From the NCBI GenBank assembly GCA_930990665.1, contig CAKNQN010000006.1:17122-81121 (forward strand): DNA of 64,000 bases, read 5' to 3'. The DNA comes from an uncultured Clostridia bacterium. GTDB taxonomy: Bacteria; Bacillota; Clostridia; Christensenellales; Borkfalkiaceae. Position numbers and translations under genes: made by a program. Shown piece after piece: positions 43,759-52,604 of the stretch (its first letter is position 1; each line of letters starts with the position of its first letter). The notes beneath the pieces were generated by a model that was not told the DNA's origin, did not search any database, and saw only the letters and a program-made list of their open reading frames with translations.

Positions 43759-44667
43759 TCACTCCTTGTTCTGATTGTTCGCATCCAAGACAAAAGGGTT
43801 GCGCAAAAAGGCCTTCTTTTCCGGCACGGTTTCCACAACGCGCGTGCGGAATTTGCCGCGATAGCGCGATTTCGCCCACAGACAGAGCTCACGCGTCTCG
43901 AAAAGCGCAAATACGCCGCTGCCCGAACCCGTTACCGCAAAGGCCAGCGGGGAAAGCTGCGCCGCCTGTTCCAGCGCCGCCGCCACGTCGCGGTTGAGCC
44001 GCGCCGCGGGTGCGCCCAGCGCATTGTAGACGTTCTGCGCTACGCCCGCAAGGTCCTTCGCGGCAAGCGCGCGGCAAAGCCGGCTGCTCTCCGCCCGCAA
44101 AGGATCGGGCGCCGCATCGTACGCGCGGTAACACTCCGCCGTGGAAACGGGCGTGGGCGGCAGGATCAGAAGAAAATGCAGCGGCATTCCCGCCAGCTTT
44201 TCCACCCGTTCTCCCCTGCCCGAAAGGCGCGCAAATCCGCCGCCGAGCATATACCCGGTATCGCTGCCAAGTGAATCCGCAAGCGCCTTGATCTCGCCCG
44301 CCTTTCCCGTCTTGTACAGCTTTTCCAGGACGTTCAGCACCCCCGCCGCGTCGGCCGACGAACCGCCCAGCCCCGCGCCGACGGGAATATCCTTGTAGAT
44401 TTCAATGTCCGCCCCGCGGGTACCGAACGCGGAGACAAATGCCTCTCCCGCCCGCACGGCGTTGTTCTTTTCAGGAGGGATCCGCTCGCTGCCCATGCCG
44501 TGCATGTACACGTTGATCAGCGTATCCCCGCGCGGCCTGGCGCAAACGGTATCGTGCACCCCGATACTGCATACGACGCTGTCGATCAGATGATACCCGC
44601 CCGCGGTGCCCGCAATGTTCAGCGAAAGATTCACCTTTGCATAACTTTTTACTTTGGCTGCAAACAC
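43759..44667 (-). CDS. ispE: 4-diphosphocytidyl-2-C-methyl-D-erythritol kinase
   Basis: AKVNLSL, GYH, KDIPVGAGLGGSSADAA, LGSD, GRGE, TGSGS; start reassigned to GTG 44667. Confidence 0.92.
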   Translation of the reverse strand: MFAAKVKSYAKVNLSLNIAGTAGGYHLIDSVVCSIGVHDTVCARPRGDTLINVYMHGMGSERIPPEKNNAVRAGEAFVSAFGTRGADIEIYKDIPVGAGLGGSSADAAGVLNVLEKLYKTGKAGEIKALADSLGSDTGYMLGGGFARLSGRGERVEKLAGMPLHFLLILPPTPVSTAECYRAYDAAPDPLRAESSRLCRALAAKDLAGVAQNVYNALGAPAARLNRDVAAALEQAAQLSPLAFAVTGSGSGVFALFETRELCLWAKSRYRGKFRTRVVETVPEKKAFLRNPFVLDANNQNKE

Positions 44668-44916
44668 GCGGCTTTCTCTCCTTTTTTTTATTATACCACA
44701 ACGGCGGATAAATTGTAAACAACTGCAAAAGATTTTGTGTAAATTCCACACAATTTTAACAAAAATATCCTCCGCGTCTCGCCCCCTTTGGCTCTCCGTA
44801 CCCGCTTCCAACTTTTTTATGCTCCCACGCCCTCCGCACATGACAAAAATTTGATTTTTGAAACAAGAAAAAAGGCGCGCCGCCCTTTCGGGCGGCGCGT
44901 CGGCATACGTTTTTTT

Positions 44917-45016
44917 GTCATTCGCCGCGCTTTGCGGCAGCGAAAAATGATCTTTCCCGCTTGTTGCTGCGTCATTCGCCGCGCTTTGCGGCCGCGAAAG
45001 GTGATCCTCTCCGCTT
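44917..45016. repeat. imperfect direct repeat, period 54
   Basis: GTCATTCGCCGCGCTTTGCGGC(A/C)GCGAAA..TGATC at 44917 and 44971. Confidence 0.75.
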
Positions 45017-45021
45017 TCCGA

Positions 45022-46530
45022 TCAAGCGCCGAGTTTTTTGCGGCGCCAGACGACGATCCTCTCCGTGCCCGTGAGCGGGAATTGAAGTTCGGGATCGGCG
45101 GCCTGCACTTCTTCGGGCGTTTTGCCGAGTTTTTTGGCGGTATCCCACAGCGTATCGCCGGCGGCGGGGAAATACACGCCCACCGCGCCGCCCTCTTCGG
45201 CGCGCGCCTCCCCGACGGAAAGTTCGCGCACGTATACGTTTTCTTCCCGCGCAAAGAGGGTGACATACAGTTTGACCGAGCCTTCCGCGTCCAATTCGCC
45301 CTCGCGCAGGCGGCGCACGCTCACCCCCGAAGCGATGGCGGTGACCTCCGCGCGCATACCCTTGCGGGCGCGGTCGCAGCGCACGGGAAAGGCAAAGGGC
45401 AGGCTGACGTTGACCGTTTTCGGAAGCTCCCCTTCCTTGCAGAACACGACGGCAGACAGGACCCCCTCGGCGAGAATTTCCCCTTCGGATACCTCCGCCG
45501 CGATCTCCGCCGTGCACAGCGCCGCCGCCTGCAACACGCAGGAATCGTCGACGTTCGCGTCCGTCGCGGCCGTGCCCGCCACGCGTTCGGCGGCCGTAAA
45601 GGCGCAGACCGGCTCTTCGTACGAGAGCTTTTCCAGGACAGGTTTGCTTTCAAAACCGATACAGAAGGCGTCCTGCGGCAGCTGCAATTCGTCGCTGCGG
45701 CTGACTTTGCCGCGGATCTCCACCTCGATCTGGGCAAGAATGCGGCAGCGGTTCTTTTCCTCGTCGCAGGAACAGGTGAGGCGGACGGAGGAAACGCTCG
45801 CCTCGGCACGGCATGCCATGCCCGTCACCGCCTCGTCGCAGGGGATCTCGGCGCGGAAGGGCAGGATGCGCTCGTAGGAGACGGCCTCCTTTTCCCCCTC
45901 GCGGCCGGCAAGAACGCCGAGATTGACCTCGCCGGACACGTCCAGACAGCCCGCCGCACACACGGCGCGCGTGATATACACCTGTTCGCTGTGCAGAAGG
46001 ACGTCGCTGACGTAGTCGGTGTCGAATTCCTCTTCCAGCTCGGCCGTGCCGCTGCACAGCCATGTATGCGGCACGCGCACGGGCGAGAAATTGCACACGA
46101 CCCCCTCGCCGCCCGCCAGACAGCTCAGCTGCGACGGAACGCGCAGACGAATGGTCGCCGTCACGATCGCGGACACGATGACCGAACGTCCCTCCTGGCG
46201 ACGCTCCGTCTTTTCGATGCGCAGGGATACGAGCGCCTTCTGCGCAGGCGCGGCGCTCTCGCATTCGGCGCGGTGGGAAAACTCGACGCCCCGTTCCGCG
46301 GCGACCAGCGTGCCGCCCGGCGCGGCGCCCACCACGGAAAAATACAGTTTTCCGCCATAGCGGACTTCGCCCGAAAGAACTTCCGGCTCGCCGCACACCA
46401 CCCGCGGGCCGACGGCAAGAATGCGGTTTTCCGCCCAGTCGGCAAGGCGGCACTCGACGATCGACTGGCTCTGGATCGTGGGGCCTTCTGCTGTGTATTC
46501 GTAATTTTCGTATTGCGGCGAAAGGGCCAT
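45022..46530 (-). CDS. SPOCS (DUF3794) + LysM spore coat morphogenetic protein (SipL-like)
   Basis: Three beta-rich repeats plus C-terminal LysM (GDTLWDTAKKLG); neighbours ispE and veg; sigmaE-like promoter. Confidence 0.8.
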   Translation of the reverse strand: MALSPQYENYEYTAEGPTIQSQSIVECRLADWAENRILAVGPRVVCGEPEVLSGEVRYGGKLYFSVVGAAPGGTLVAAERGVEFSHRAECESAAPAQKALVSLRIEKTERRQEGRSVIVSAIVTATIRLRVPSQLSCLAGGEGVVCNFSPVRVPHTWLCSGTAELEEEFDTDYVSDVLLHSEQVYITRAVCAAGCLDVSGEVNLGVLAGREGEKEAVSYERILPFRAEIPCDEAVTGMACRAEASVSSVRLTCSCDEEKNRCRILAQIEVEIRGKVSRSDELQLPQDAFCIGFESKPVLEKLSYEEPVCAFTAAERVAGTAATDANVDDSCVLQAAALCTAEIAAEVSEGEILAEGVLSAVVFCKEGELPKTVNVSLPFAFPVRCDRARKGMRAEVTAIASGVSVRRLREGELDAEGSVKLYVTLFAREENVYVRELSVGEARAEEGGAVGVYFPAAGDTLWDTAKKLGKTPEEVQAADPELQFPLTGTERIVVWRRKKLGA

Positions 46531-46559
46531 TTTTGTACACCTCCGAAGTTATCATTTCC

Positions 46560-46588
46560 ATTGTATGACGCAATCGCCCCGGTTATTC
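46560..46588 (-). promoter_or_regulatory. sigmaE-like promoter of the SPOCS-LysM gene
   Basis: Minus strand gaATA-N16-CATACAAT (consensus sigmaE -10). Confidence 0.65.
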
Positions 46589-46628
46589 CCCCGTGGCGGC
46601 GCGAAAAATCAAAAAATTTGCCGAAGAC

Positions 46629-46658
46629 GCATGCCGCGCCCCCTTTTCGGCAAAAATA
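46629..46658 (+). promoter_or_regulatory. sigmaF-like promoter of veg
   Basis: GCATG-N15-GGCAAAAATA. Confidence 0.5.
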
Positions 46659-46691
46659 CATTTGCGCCGAACGGCGCGCAAGGAGACCGCC

Positions 46692-46943
46692 ATGATCAAG
46701 GGAACAAAAAATCTGCCGCGCATCAAAGAGGAAATCCGCGGCTTTTACGGACAAAACGTGCGCGTACACGTCAACCTCGGCAGGAACCGCACGAGCGACT
46801 TCACCGGCCGGCTCACCGGCGTGTACCCCGCTCTCTTCACCGTCTTGCCCGACGACAAAAATTACCTCGGCAAGACCGCCTACTCCTATTCGGAAGTGCT
46901 GTGCGGAAGCGTGCGCGTCACGGGCGCCGCGCAGAAAAAATGA
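46692..46943 (+). CDS. veg: Veg-family protein
   Basis: AAGGAG RBS; GQNV..NLGRNR..G.LTGVYPALFTV..YSYSEVL. Confidence 0.85.
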   Translation: MIKGTKNLPRIKEEIRGFYGQNVRVHVNLGRNRTSDFTGRLTGVYPALFTVLPDDKNYLGKTAYSYSEVLCGSVRVTGAAQKK

Positions 46944-47090
46944 TCTTTCCTCCCCGCCATTGAAAATTGTGCCGCCCCCGCCCTTGCAAGGGCGGGGGCG
47001 GCATTTATAAAGAAGGCGCGCTCATCTGCCGCCCCGCCCGCAACAGGCAAAACGATCGGATCGGTATCGGACATATATTTTCTTGCCGCC

Positions 47091-47156
47091 GCGATGGTTG
47101 TATGAGCGGCGCATTCATTTGCCGCATGGCGGGGGCGATGGTTGTATGAGCGGCGC
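47091..47156. repeat. 22-bp perfect direct repeat, period 44
   Basis: GCGATGGTTGTATGAGCGGCGC at 47091 and 47135. Confidence 0.8.
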
Positions 47157-47221
47157 TCCAATTTGAAAAAGAGTCGCCGCGGGAAAAACAAATCAACAGA
47201 GAACAGAAATTTTACAGCACG

Positions 47222-47252
47222 AAAAAAGGGCAGCCCGTTCGGGCTGCCCTTT
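47222..47252 (-). terminator. rho-independent terminator
   Basis: AAAGGGCAGCCCG-AA-CGGGCTGCCCTTTTTT on the minus strand. Confidence 0.75.
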
Positions 47253-47275
47253 GCAGTCTTTTTTCCGCAGAAAGA

Positions 47276-47773
47276 TCAGAAGTCGTCGTCTTCGGCGTCT
47301 TCATCCTCTTCGTCCTCATCGTCCTCGTCGTCGTAATCGTCGGCGGAGACTTCTTCGAAGTCGTCGTCGGCGGACTGGTCATCCGCGCTCGCCTCTTCTT
47401 CCTCTTCGTCCTCAAAGTCGTCGTCAAACTCGCCGTCGAAATCTTCGCCGATGTCGATGTTCTCCTCCATTTCGAGAGGTTCGGGCTCTTCGTCGAGATA
47501 GTTGCGCCATTCGTCGTCCTTTTCGGGGTCGATGTCTTCCTCTTCCTCGTACTCGGACGTGCGCTTGCATTCGTCGCACATCTTTTCGCCGGGACGCATG
47601 TAGTTTTCACCGCAGACAGGGCAAAGCTCCGTCTTTTCATCCTCTTCGTCCTCGTCCAGATCGGCAAACTTGAGCTGTTTACCCATCAGTTCCGCGAGGC
47701 AGACATCGCAATAATCTTTATCTTCCTCGATGTAATTCAGCTCGCACCGAGGACATTTTTTGTATTTGGGCAT
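47276..47773 (-). CDS. hypothetical protein: two Cys4 Zn-ribbons plus a highly acidic tail
   Basis: CPRCELNYI..CDVC and CPVCGENYM..CDEC; D/E-dominated C-terminal half; GGGAG RBS; own promoter-like element and terminator. Confidence 0.85.
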   Translation of the reverse strand: MPKYKKCPRCELNYIEEDKDYCDVCLAELMGKQLKFADLDEDEEDEKTELCPVCGENYMRPGEKMCDECKRTSEYEEEEDIDPEKDDEWRNYLDEEPEPLEMEENIDIGEDFDGEFDDDFEDEEEEEASADDQSADDDFEEVSADDYDDEDDEDEEDEDAEDDDF

Positions 47774-48015
47774 CTTTTCTCTCCCTTTTTTTCAAAATGT
47801 GCTTTACGCGCCGCTCTAATACAATAGTATTGCGCACAAGCGCTCCTTGTGCCAAAATTCGGTTGATCGCGCAAAAAGCCGGATTTTTTCGGGCATTATT
47901 ATACTAAGAAACCGCCTGTTTGTAAAGCCTTTTTACGGAAATTTTTATTTTTTTTCGCGCTTTTTATACCTTGCCGCACAAAAGAAAAAAGCGGAAAAAT
48001 TTTCCGCTTTTTATT

Positions 48016-50073
48016 TTATCGGATCCTGCGCCGGCGAACGATCAGGAAGGCCGCAATGCCGCCGCCGATGACCACCACGCCGATCGGCACGAACAGTGCC
48101 GCCCACTGCCACGTCCAGCCCGCTTCCGCCGTGACCGGTGCGACATAGCCGGAGACATACGCCGATTGCAGAGACTGCGAAAGGCTGGTCTTTTCCGCAT
48201 CCGTCACCTTGCCGATGCAGTGGACATACGCCGTCTGACGATTGACGTCTTTCACCTTCGCAAAGCCGAACCCTTTCAGATCGGTGCCCGCAACGTACGC
48301 GTTGATCAGCTCGACGTCTTCGTCCGTGTACTCTTCGCGGTATTCGCCCTTTTCGTCGGTGATGACCGTCACGTCTCCGCCGTAATAGTAGTAGCGCATC
48401 GCGTTGGCCGCCGCGCTGAACTTCGCTTCGACTTCCGTGAACAGATCCTGCACCGCCTGGTAGTTGTCGTTGCGCTCCGTGAGCGGCTTGTTGGTCGCGC
48501 AGGCGTCGGTCACGTACAGGTTGTTGCCCGCATACGTGTCCGCGTTCGCAAAGAAGATGCGGCCGCCTACAAGCTCGGGCACAAACCAGCTGCTGTTATA
48601 GTCGATCCCCAGGTACTGCGTCGCCTTGTAGTCTTCGGGGTTCTCGATGGGCAGCGTGTCCGCAATGCCCGTATAATAGTTGTCCTGGCCGTCGTAACGG
48701 ATGCGCCAGAGCGCGTTGCCGTTGGTGCCCTTCCGCGAATAATAGACAAATCCCGTTTCTTCGTCGAGAAAAAGAAGGGTCGCGCCTTCCTGCGCGCTGG
48801 CAAGAAGGGTGCCGCTGCTCTCGCTGAAACTGCCGCCGGCCGACGACGAGGACACGCGGAAAATGTTGCTGCTGTCAGAGTCGACATAAAGGAAATACTG
48901 GGTATCCCCTTCGGTGTAATACAGCGCGGTCTCGCTCGCCTTGGCGGTGAAGGAAGACACCAGCGTGATGGCGCCGCCCTCCGATGCCACGCCCTGCTCC
49001 GTGCGGGTCGGGTTGGCCTGAATGGTGTTCCAGCTTGCCGCCGCCCCGTACGCCTGGCCGCTCAGACGGCAGACATATGAGGAAGAATCCCCGCTGCTGG
49101 GAAGGAAGGTCACCGTGAAATACAGATCGCCCTTCGAGAGCTTTTCGATGGCGTAGGTGAAGCCGAGACCCTTGGGCACGTTCGTATCCGTGCGGTCGGG
49201 GTTGAAGACGGAGGCTTCGTCGCTGCTGCCGATGCCGTCGAGCACCAGCGTGCCGAGGTTGACATATTCAAGGTCGCCGTAGCCTTCGGAAAGATCATAC
49301 TCGCGGGGCGCCTCGGTCACGGCCGCGCTGACCGTGTACAGCTGCTGATAATCTTCGTACTGTACGGTCGCATCCGAATTGTAAACCTTTTTGGCCACCT
49401 TCATCGTATAATATACGGTGGGACTCGTGAGAGCTTCGGAATCAAACGCATAGGAGGCGTAGCCCTTGACGAGGGTCACGTCCTGCATCGTCTGGGTGTT
49501 GACGGAGTGGATCTCGCTGTTGGCGGTATCCGCATACAGGAGATAGACGACACCGTCTTCCACGACATAGCGATAAGAATGGTTGCCGATCTCCAGCTGC
49601 GCATAGGTGCCGGAAAGCACGTCGCTGCCATCAAGTTTTGCGCGCTTGAAGTTGAGCCAGCTGTTCTCGATCTGCGCCTGCATGTTGCGGGTGTTGTTGG
49701 GCGTAGCGTAATAGACGTAGTCGCCCTCGATGAAGATGCCCGCATCATACCCGCCGTCGTACACGATCTCGGGAACGACGATCTCGGCGGAATCGTACTC
49801 GCCTTCGGAGAGCGCGGAGGAGGAGATGCGCATGAGCGCGCCCTTCACCACGCTGCCGTAGGTGTTGGAAGAGGTATTGCTCTCCACGCCGTTGATGAAA
49901 TAGATCCAATCCCCCTTTTGTACGACGGACCCGCCGTTGGATGTGACTTCGCCCGCGGATTCATAGCCTTGCAGCGGCTGGAAGGTATACGAGCCGGCAC
50001 AGCCCGCGAACATGGACACAGCCAGCGCGAGAACCGCCACGAGCAGAAGGAATTTTTTGCCTGTTTTCCGCAT
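48016..50073 (-). CDS. lipoprotein with probable beta-propeller and a C-terminal TM anchor
   Basis: Start ATG 50073 (GGAG RBS); lipobox FAG-C; repeated GDWIYF/GDYVYY/GFVYY blades; C-terminal TM + RRRRIR. Confidence 0.8.
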   Translation of the reverse strand: MRKTGKKFLLLVAVLALAVSMFAGCAGSYTFQPLQGYESAGEVTSNGGSVVQKGDWIYFINGVESNTSSNTYGSVVKGALMRISSSALSEGEYDSAEIVVPEIVYDGGYDAGIFIEGDYVYYATPNNTRNMQAQIENSWLNFKRAKLDGSDVLSGTYAQLEIGNHSYRYVVEDGVVYLLYADTANSEIHSVNTQTMQDVTLVKGYASYAFDSEALTSPTVYYTMKVAKKVYNSDATVQYEDYQQLYTVSAAVTEAPREYDLSEGYGDLEYVNLGTLVLDGIGSSDEASVFNPDRTDTNVPKGLGFTYAIEKLSKGDLYFTVTFLPSSGDSSSYVCRLSGQAYGAAASWNTIQANPTRTEQGVASEGGAITLVSSFTAKASETALYYTEGDTQYFLYVDSDSSNIFRVSSSSAGGSFSESSGTLLASAQEGATLLFLDEETGFVYYSRKGTNGNALWRIRYDGQDNYYTGIADTLPIENPEDYKATQYLGIDYNSSWFVPELVGGRIFFANADTYAGNNLYVTDACATNKPLTERNDNYQAVQDLFTEVEAKFSAAANAMRYYYYGGDVTVITDEKGEYREEYTDEDVELINAYVAGTDLKGFGFAKVKDVNRQTAYVHCIGKVTDAEKTSLSQSLQSAYVSGYVAPVTAEAGWTWQWAALFVPIGVVVIGGGIAAFLIVRRRRIR

Positions 50074-50290
50074 AAAATACAGACTCCTTTGGGTCAAAAA
50101 TGTTGTTGCTTTTTTGCCGCATGAACGGCTTTTTCGCCGATCTGCGAATATACTTTTCTATTATATACCAAAACAGACGTTTACGCAATTAAAAACGGCA
50201 AAAAACCGATGAAATTTTTATGGGATTTTGAAAAATTGCGCATCTTTTGCCGCCTGCGCGGAAAAAAAGACGCGCGGCTGGAGGTCTATT

Positions 50291-50551
50291 ATGGAAAGTT
50301 TCGGGCTGTTGAAACTTCTTTCGGCGCTCGCCGGCACGGACACCGGCGACCAGGAGCGGCCGCCCCTCCGCGGGCAGGAACCCGTCCGCGAACAGGAACC
50401 TTTCCGCGGTCAGGAACGCACCGCCTCGCCCGGCCAGACCGGCAAAGATGAGGGACTGTTCACCGCCGAAGAGCGCGCCCGGCGGGCGGCCGAAATGCTG
50501 GAACGCCACCGCCAGGCCGTTCAGCGCATCGGGAAAAATCCGCGACCCTGA
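50291..50551 (+). CDS. small hypothetical protein
   Basis: GGAGG RBS then MESFGLLKLLSALAG...AAEMLERHRQAVQRI. Confidence 0.55.
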   Translation: MESFGLLKLLSALAGTDTGDQERPPLRGQEPVREQEPFRGQERTASPGQTGKDEGLFTAEERARRAAEMLERHRQAVQRIGKNPRP

Positions 50552-50887
50552 CTTACCCGCGCCGCGCTCATACGCAAACCGCCTTGTGCCCCGCGTTTTT
50601 TGCAAGAAGCCCTTTCTCTGTGCGGCCGCTTTTTGCTGAAGATGAAAGGCGCCCGGCGCGCAAGGGGCGAGGTTTCGGCTTAAAAATAAGGGGGATTCAT
50701 CGCGCAAGGGAAAAATTTCGGCAGGCGGACAGGCTCCGCGCCGACAAAACGGGAATCGGCGGAAAAATTCGGGTCCGACGGGAATGGAGCCACAGGCCGG
50801 AAGTTCTCGACAAAAAACGGGATAAAAATATATGCGGCGCCGCGCGAAAGTGCGCGGCGCCGCTGTCTGTTTGCCGTAGCGAATAAA

Positions 50888-51301
50888 TTACCTCTTGGAG
50901 AACTGCGGAGCACGGCGTGCCTTTTTGAGACCGTACTTCTTTCTCTCTTTGCTGCGCGGGTCGCGCGTGAGGAAGCCCTCTTTTTTGAGCGCGGGACGAA
51001 GCTCGGGCTGCGCCTGGATGAGCGCGCGCGCAATGCCGTGACGGATCGCGCCTGCCTGGCCGTTATACCCGCCGCCGCACACGTTCACGAGAATATCGTA
51101 AGCCGTTTCCGTCTGCGTGAGCACGATGGGCTGTTTTACGATGTACTGCATCGTTCCCTGCGGGAAATAATCCTCGAGCGGACGATCGTTGATGACAATG
51201 CTGCCGGTGCCGCCCGGAATGAGGCGAACACGGGCGATCGCTTTTTTTCTCCTGCCCGTTCCCCAGAACTGCAGTTTCTTTTTCAGATTTGCTTTTGCCA
51301 T
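50888..51301 (-). CDS. rpsI: 30S ribosomal protein S9
   Basis: [48 protein letters not shown]. Confidence 0.98.
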   Translation of the reverse strand: MAKANLKKKLQFWGTGRRKKAIARVRLIPGGTGSIVINDRPLEDYFPQGTMQYIVKQPIVLTQTETAYDILVNVCGGGYNGQAGAIRHGIARALIQAQPELRPALKKEGFLTRDPRSKERKKYGLKKARRAPQFSKR

Positions 51302-51313
51302 GGTTCCACCTCG

Positions 51314-51745
51314 TTAAAATAATTTCAGTTCTTCGGGCTTCTGTGCCTCGTGGTTGTGCTCCGCACCCTTGTACACTCTGAGCTTTTTGAGCATCTTTCT
51401 GCCAAGAGAATTCTTCGGAAGCATTCCGCGCACCGCCTCGTACACCGCTACGTCGCTCTTTTCCGCCATCATCTTGCGGTAAGAGGTCTCTTTCAGCCCC
51501 CCGATGTAGCCGGTGTGGTAACGATAAAATTTATCGTCCAGTTTTTTGCCCGTAAGCACCGCCTTGTCGCAATTTACGACGATCACAAAATCGCCGGTAT
51601 CGACATGCGGAGTAAAGGTGGGTTTGTTTTTGCCGCGAAGGATCGCCGCGACTTTGGAAGCCAATCTTCCCAGAGGCACGCCCGCTGCGTCGACAACATA
51701 CCACTTTCTCTCTACCGTTTGGGCATTCGCCATGTAGGTCTTCAT
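51314..51745 (-). CDS. rplM: 50S ribosomal protein L13
   Basis: [37 protein letters not shown]. Confidence 0.98.
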   Translation of the reverse strand: MKTYMANAQTVERKWYVVDAAGVPLGRLASKVAAILRGKNKPTFTPHVDTGDFVIVVNCDKAVLTGKKLDDKFYRYHTGYIGGLKETSYRKMMAEKSDVAVYEAVRGMLPKNSLGRKMLKKLRVYKGAEHNHEAQKPEELKLF

Positions 51746-51850
51746 GATGTGTTCTCCTTATTTGGTGTTTTATAAAAGGGAATCAGCGTGCCATAGACGC
51801 TTTCCGTTATTTACTCAATAAATTTTATATTATATCCGGAATACTGTCAA
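51746..51850 (-). promoter_or_regulatory. rplM promoter and structured leader (candidate L13 autoregulatory leader)
   Basis: TTGACA-N17-TAAAAT (51850-51822); leader hairpin GGAA-AGCGT-loop-ACGCT-GA-TTCC. Confidence 0.5.
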
Positions 51851-51972
51851 GCGGTTTTGATCGCGGTTTCGCTCTTTTTTTGAAAAAATTTTTTCTTTTT
51901 TTTCGTCGTTTTTTCGCTTGTGCCGAAAAAAAATCCGCCCCGCGGCGGGTTTTTGCCCGCCGCGGGGCGAAC

Positions 51973-52088
51973 GCGGAAGCGGAAACGGAGGCAGGAGCGG
52001 GAGCGAAAGCGGAAGCGAAGGCGGGAGCGAGAGCGGAAGCGAAGGCGGGAGCGAGAGCGGAAGCGAAGGCGGGAGCGAGAGCGGGAGA
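51973..52088. repeat. 24-bp purine-rich minisatellite built of GCGRRR hexamers
   Basis: GCGGGAGCGA(G/A)AGCGGAAGCGAAG at 51997, 52021, 52045 and partial at 52069. Confidence 0.85.
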
Positions 52089-52604
52089 AAAACAAAGACA
52101 AAAAAAGTACAAACATATACAGCGCGGGCAAACGAGGAGAAAGTTCGGCGGTCTGCCGATGCAAGGCGGCAAATACAAAGAAGTCGGAGAAGAGATCGGG
52201 AAAGCGAAGGCACGTGGTAAAAAATGCTGCCGCGGACAACCAAGATCAGCAAATGAGGTGCAGGGAAACGGCGGGAAAAATGCCAAAACAGACAAACGAG
52301 ATAAAAAAAGGCGAGCGCAGGCATACGGGAATCCGCGGGCGCGGCAAATTACACAAAAAGCTGCGGCGGCTTGGGTACAAACATGTTGCGAAGCAGCACG
52401 GGCACAGAAAACCGCAGAGCGGCGGGCACGTTTGTGCCCGCCGCTCTGCGGAATTTTCCGATTCTTTATAATGTTTTACCTTTTGCGCAATGTTTTTTGC
52501 TCCTTGCGGCGTACCCTCTTTTGCGCAACATTTTTGCGGTGTTTTATCTTCTGCGCTACCCCCGCCCTTTGATCGCCCGGGCAGATATGTTCTTTCGCAG
52601 CTCT

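Noticed and set aside
51825-52572. Low-complexity ORFs over the 24-bp repeat (AEAKAGAR, RERERK and ALAPAFAS frames)
   Set aside because: Open in several frames only because the repeat lacks stop codons; no RBS; some overlap the rplM promoter.
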